DNA from: Tricharina praecox | Lineage: Eukaryota | NCBI RefSeq assembly: GCF_024521635.1 | Contig: NW_026250437.1 | Location: forward strand, 62,001 to 126,000 | Length of the DNA stretch: 64,000 nt | Reading direction: 5' to 3' | Shown: in pieces, positions 59,652 to 64,000 of the stretch | Numbering within the stretch: the stretch's first letter is position 1 | How the letters are laid out: the number at the start of each line of letters is the position of its first letter | Translations under genes and position numbers: made by a program | The notes under the pieces: generated by a model | What the model was told of the DNA's origin: nothing | The model's input: the letters and a program-made list of their open reading frames with translations, nothing else | Databases searched by the model: none

Positions 59652-61215
59652 TATAGGTAATACGGTGCCAATGCGATTCACGACGATACGAGCTACATAC
59701 TTGCCTATAAACGGAACGGGTTTTGGAGGTGCGATGATGTACAAACGAAGTACCGAATTGTCGTGGGATGGAGTATCGGTGGTACGATGGCTATCACGTT
59801 GGGCTCACCCGTGGATACGGCTGAGATCCATATGTGTCATCTTGCTGGAAGCAATTACGAGTCCGGCAGCGGTGGACTAAGGTCAAGTACCTAGGGGCTG
59901 CCTTCACGGTCCCAAATTCCCAATCATCATTCCTGATGCCTATCTCCATCTCCACCTCCATACCTATCTCCATCCCCACCACAAGCACAAGCACAAGCAT
60001 GTCCACCACGATTGGCCCGCGAGAAGCGAATACCACACATGATACTACCGTTTCGTTATGAGAGTCTGAGACAAGAACGTAAAACGAACATGTTACCTAT
60101 CCCAGCGCCGTGGATAAACCCTCCGGCTCGCTAAGCGGGTCAATCATCACCTATGTGCGCCGTGAAGCGACGAAAAAGAAAAAGAAAAAAAGGAAGGAAG
60201 GAAGCGATGTGCATGGCTGCGAATGCATTTTTTCCCTCTTGTCGTCGTCAACTACCGTATGCTCTACAGTAGAGTACGCGAGGGAGAAGAAGGTCTACTG
60301 CTCCGGACCTCCGGCCTTCGTATGTAGAGCTCGGTGCATAGTACTGGTAGAGGTGGAGGATTAGAAAGTGAAGATTCGGTAATCCGGTGGTCCTGTGGAT
60401 GCTGTCAGACTCTGGACTCTGGTGCGTGTGGGCAGTGGAACACGATGCTGTGATGCTGCGATGGCGACGCTGCATTATGCATATCGACGATACCCACACT
60501 TCGCATGTGGGCACCAGCGGGGTAGGTACTTTGGCATAGGTAGTTCGAGAATCGAAACACTGTTAACTACGGTACTGCGGTCACGACACAAAACCAATAG
60601 CAACGATTTCCCAGTGAAGTTCCCACAGTCAACCCATAGTAGGTACACAAGTGGGCAGATACAGTCAGCGATGCAAACCAGCCGCGTAATTCCTTCCAGC
60701 TGATGGTGCATTCGAGGACCCGGAATCACGCCCGCTTGTCCGGGTTGTATTTGGAGCGTGCTGGACTATGTACCATAGTTATCGTCCAAGTCCTGGAGTC
60801 GTGAGCGGTGTCGAAGATTCGAAAAATGTCAGACGTCGACATGCAGAATGGAGTGCAGCATCAAGCCCTGTAGAATATGTACTCTAGATTAGCGATCGCC
60901 GTTGCCGGGTCGTCAGCGTCATGACATGACATCCCGGCCAGGTAGCTGGGAATGGCGGGGAGCAGCGATTCCGCGATTGTGGAGACCCCCGGCCGATTAC
61001 TGGTGCGAAATGTGCTAGGTGCCCAATCGTAATCTAGGCGGGCGAGCACCATTATGCAGATATAAAAGTGCTGCTCTCGGCTTATGAAGCGGAGGAGATT
61101 TGTTCTTGTAGACGCTTCAATTCAATATACCCCGTTTCGTTTCGTTTCTGGCTTTCTTTCTTTGCTGCCTCCATCGTTGAAGATCGATACCGCCCCAGAA
61201 CTCACTGTACCGGTC

Positions 61216-63086
61216 ATGGTGTTCGGATTCGCTACCAGAGAGAGTCCTGATTTCGAGGAGAAGAGGGAGGATGAGGAGGAAGAGGAGAAGGAGCAGGCGT
61301 ATAATGACTGGCCTAATACTGCTGGGGTGAGTGATCCTCTTCTCATCTCTGCCTTGTGTCTGCCGCCTAACTCGTGTCTAGTTTGACGGATTCCACGAGG
61401 AGACCGCGCCCGTCGAGCTGGTGGTGAAGGGGAACATACCTGAATATGCCCTGTGAGCTCCCACCATCTTCGAAGAGATGATCGCCTCCGCTGACATGTC
61501 CTCTTTACAGCGGCGTGCTCTATAGAACCGGTCCGGGAGGGTGCGTAATCCCAATCGATCAATCCACCCGCCCGCAACCGCACTGACAGTCCCACCAGCT
61601 ATGACGTCCCCACCTCCAAGGGCACAACCTTCAGCATCAGCCATTGGTTCGACGGCTTCGGGCAAACGCACCGCTTCCAGCTGCTCTCTTCCACCCGGGT
61701 TCTGTACAACTCGCGGCACTCAACCGACAGCCTCGTGGCGCACGTGCGGCGCACCGGCAACATCCCCAGCAGCTTCACGTTCGCGCAGCGCCGCGACCCG
61801 TGCCAGAGCCTATGGCGGCTGTTCCTGACAACGTTCCAGCCGGCGATGTCGGAGCTGGAGGGGAAAGCCGACGGGCTGAACATCGCGGTGACCGTATCGC
61901 GCGACGTCCCCGGCCTGCCCGCTACCGCGAAGGACGGCAAGCGCAGTCTCTACACCGCCACGGATGCGTCCGTGCTGCAGGGCCTGGACCCGGATACCCT
62001 GGAGCCGGTGGGGATCGCGCGGCAGACGGACCTGCACCCTGAGCTGAAGGGACAGGTTTCGTCGGCGCATGCGCACGTCGACCCCGAAACGGGGGATCTG
62101 TTCAACTACAACCTCGACATCGGCCGCACCGTTACCTACCGTGTCTTCAAGACGTGCAAGGCGACGGGGGAAACGGAGGTGCTCGGGACCATTACCGATG
62201 CGCCGCCCGCATATATCCACTCCTTCTTCATGACGGAAAACTTCGTCGTGCTGTGCGTGTACTCGGCGCACTTCGGCATGGGCGGCATCAAGATCCTGTA
62301 CAACAAGAATATGCTGGACGCACTCGACGATGTGTCCGCGGACAGACGGGCGAGCTGGTATGTTGTCGACCGGCGACACGGACGGGGCGTGGTTAGGAAG
62401 TACACTTCCGATGCGTTCTTTGCGTTCCATTCCGTCAATGCGTGGGAGGAGGATGGCGGCATCGTCGCCGAGGTGCCCGCGTACGAGAATATCGACATCA
62501 TCAAGAAGTTCTACCTTCACAACATGAAGGGCGAGACGGATGAGGCGAGGAAGTGGATAGCCGAGGGGCGCTCAAGGTTCAGCAGGTTCTGGTTGCCGGG
62601 GCTGGACGATGTTGAGGCCGGCGAGGGGAAGGCACAGCTGGTATGGGCGAGGGAGGCGGATATGTCCATGGAGCTCCCCTCGATCAACCCTCAATTCTCG
62701 ACCAAGCCCACGCGGTACGTCTCTCTCCACCCCATCCTCCACCCAGCTCACCCAGCTCACCCCACTAACCCACCACCAGGTACACATACGGCCTAACCAA
62801 CCGCCTCAAATCCACGCTGATGGACGGAATCATGAAGCACGACAGTGCCACGGGGGGCCACCTGCTATGGGAGGAACACGCGCACACACCCGGCGAAGCC
62901 ATCTTTGTGCCCGACCCCGCAGGCACAGACGAGGACGATGGCGTTCTGATGAGCGTCGTGCTGAATGGAAGGACCGGATTGAGCTACCTCCTCGTCTTGG
63001 ATGCGAAGACGCTCAAGGAGGTGGCCCGCGCTGAGATGCGCTGCGCGGTGTTGGTCGGGTTTCATGGGAGTTTCGTGGGTGCTTAG
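61216..63086 (+). CDS. Carotenoid cleavage oxygenase (RPE65 family), torulene oxygenase CAO-2/CarT-like
   Basis: Exons 61216-61326, 61382-61452, 61511-61540, 61599-62714, 62780-63086. Motifs: WPNTAGFD, LYRTGPG, HWFDG, EAIFVP, EDDGVL, and four iron-ligand His contexts SAH, YIHSF, AFHSVN, GFHG. Confidence 0.92.
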
Positions 63087-64000
63087 GGAGCGAGGGGGAG
63101 GGGGCGTTTGGGTGGTGTGGAATTGGGTATTAGGTTTTGGCATACGCTGCGTTAGTATTGTTTACGATTTTGTTCGTACTCAATTGAGTGAGCCGGCCAG
63201 ATTGGATTGGGCGGGGACAGTATTCCGGGAGCTTTCCGTGTGCGAGGACGAGGGGACTGCAATGTGCATTGTGCATTGAGATTCGAGAGGTTGGTATTCA
63301 AATATACCTCATGGTGACCAATCATGATTCATCAAGCCTCAAGTTCCGACGACGACTTGCACTTGCACTTGCACCGGTACATCTAGTAGGTAGCAAAAAG
63401 TGAAGTGGGATTGATACGGGAGGAATACCGCGGTCATTTGAATACCGACGAACGACCAGATTTTATTTGGCCAACTTCGGTAGTACTACGTGATCAGCGA
63501 CCAGATGGCTGCGGTTTCAGTGATCACTACCGAAATACTTCCGTGCTTGCAGAAAGAGATGCTCACCAGTACTTCAAAGTCCGTAGATATACATACAATG
63601 CGATCTTTTGGAGTACCATGGGCTTTGGTAGATGCAGGAGCACAACAGAGTTTTGGGAAGTGTAACTGATATTGGAGATGCCAAAGTAATGTTGAAGGGC
63701 TGTCATAGTACTGGAGGAATCCGGCAGAACTACAGCAGCGGAAAACACCACGCAGTGTTGGCACTGCCCGATAGTTGCTTCTCGATTCCGTAGGGACTCA
63801 GCAGCTCTACTATATTTAGCTCAATCCGAATGGTTTCCTCTACGGTTTTTATTCCGTAGGCCTACAGCACTTCCTGCACTACACGAATGTCGTAAATATT
63901 TGCTTGCGTACAGCACGGCTTACTCACTGTACGTATTCCTGGAACTAGAGGGTTTCTACCGTGTGCATACCGGGTTCAGTGACCAGTGCATTCTGCCCAC

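Noticed and set aside
63405..63764. Short ORFs at the window end
   Set aside because: No recognisable motif; cannot be supported without the downstream sequence.

Overview
Intron-containing filamentous ascomycete DNA (Pezizomycotina; a Pezizomycete origin is my guess and is unproven). It is gene-sparse and rich in microsatellites. I reconstructed ten protein-coding genes by hand from splice signals: a BrlA/Msn2-like double C2H2 transcription factor (-), a kinesin-4-type motor with a GC-AG intron (-), an SDR oxidoreductase with a PTS2 signal (+), a DENN-domain/coiled-coil protein (+), a secreted type-B carboxylesterase (-), a HeLo-like-N/ankyrin protein with no NOD domain (-), an intronless orphan (+), Eme1/Mms4 (+), GINS Psf3 (+) and a CAO-2/CarT-like carotenoid oxygenase (+). 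A ~14 kb gene-free stretch upstream of the transcription factor holds decayed repeats and a LINE RNase H relic. The best leads are: (1) an accessory island at ~46-55.5 kb with the HeLo-like/ankyrin gene, a decayed upstream paralog, a ~115-nt hairpin, an orphan gene and transposon-end relics; (2) a long, weakly spliced SDR intron with competing helices; (3) the BrlA-like factor, whose start codon may be formed by splicing. No tRNA, rRNA or CRISPR array was found. All family assignments come from motif recognition, not database searches.
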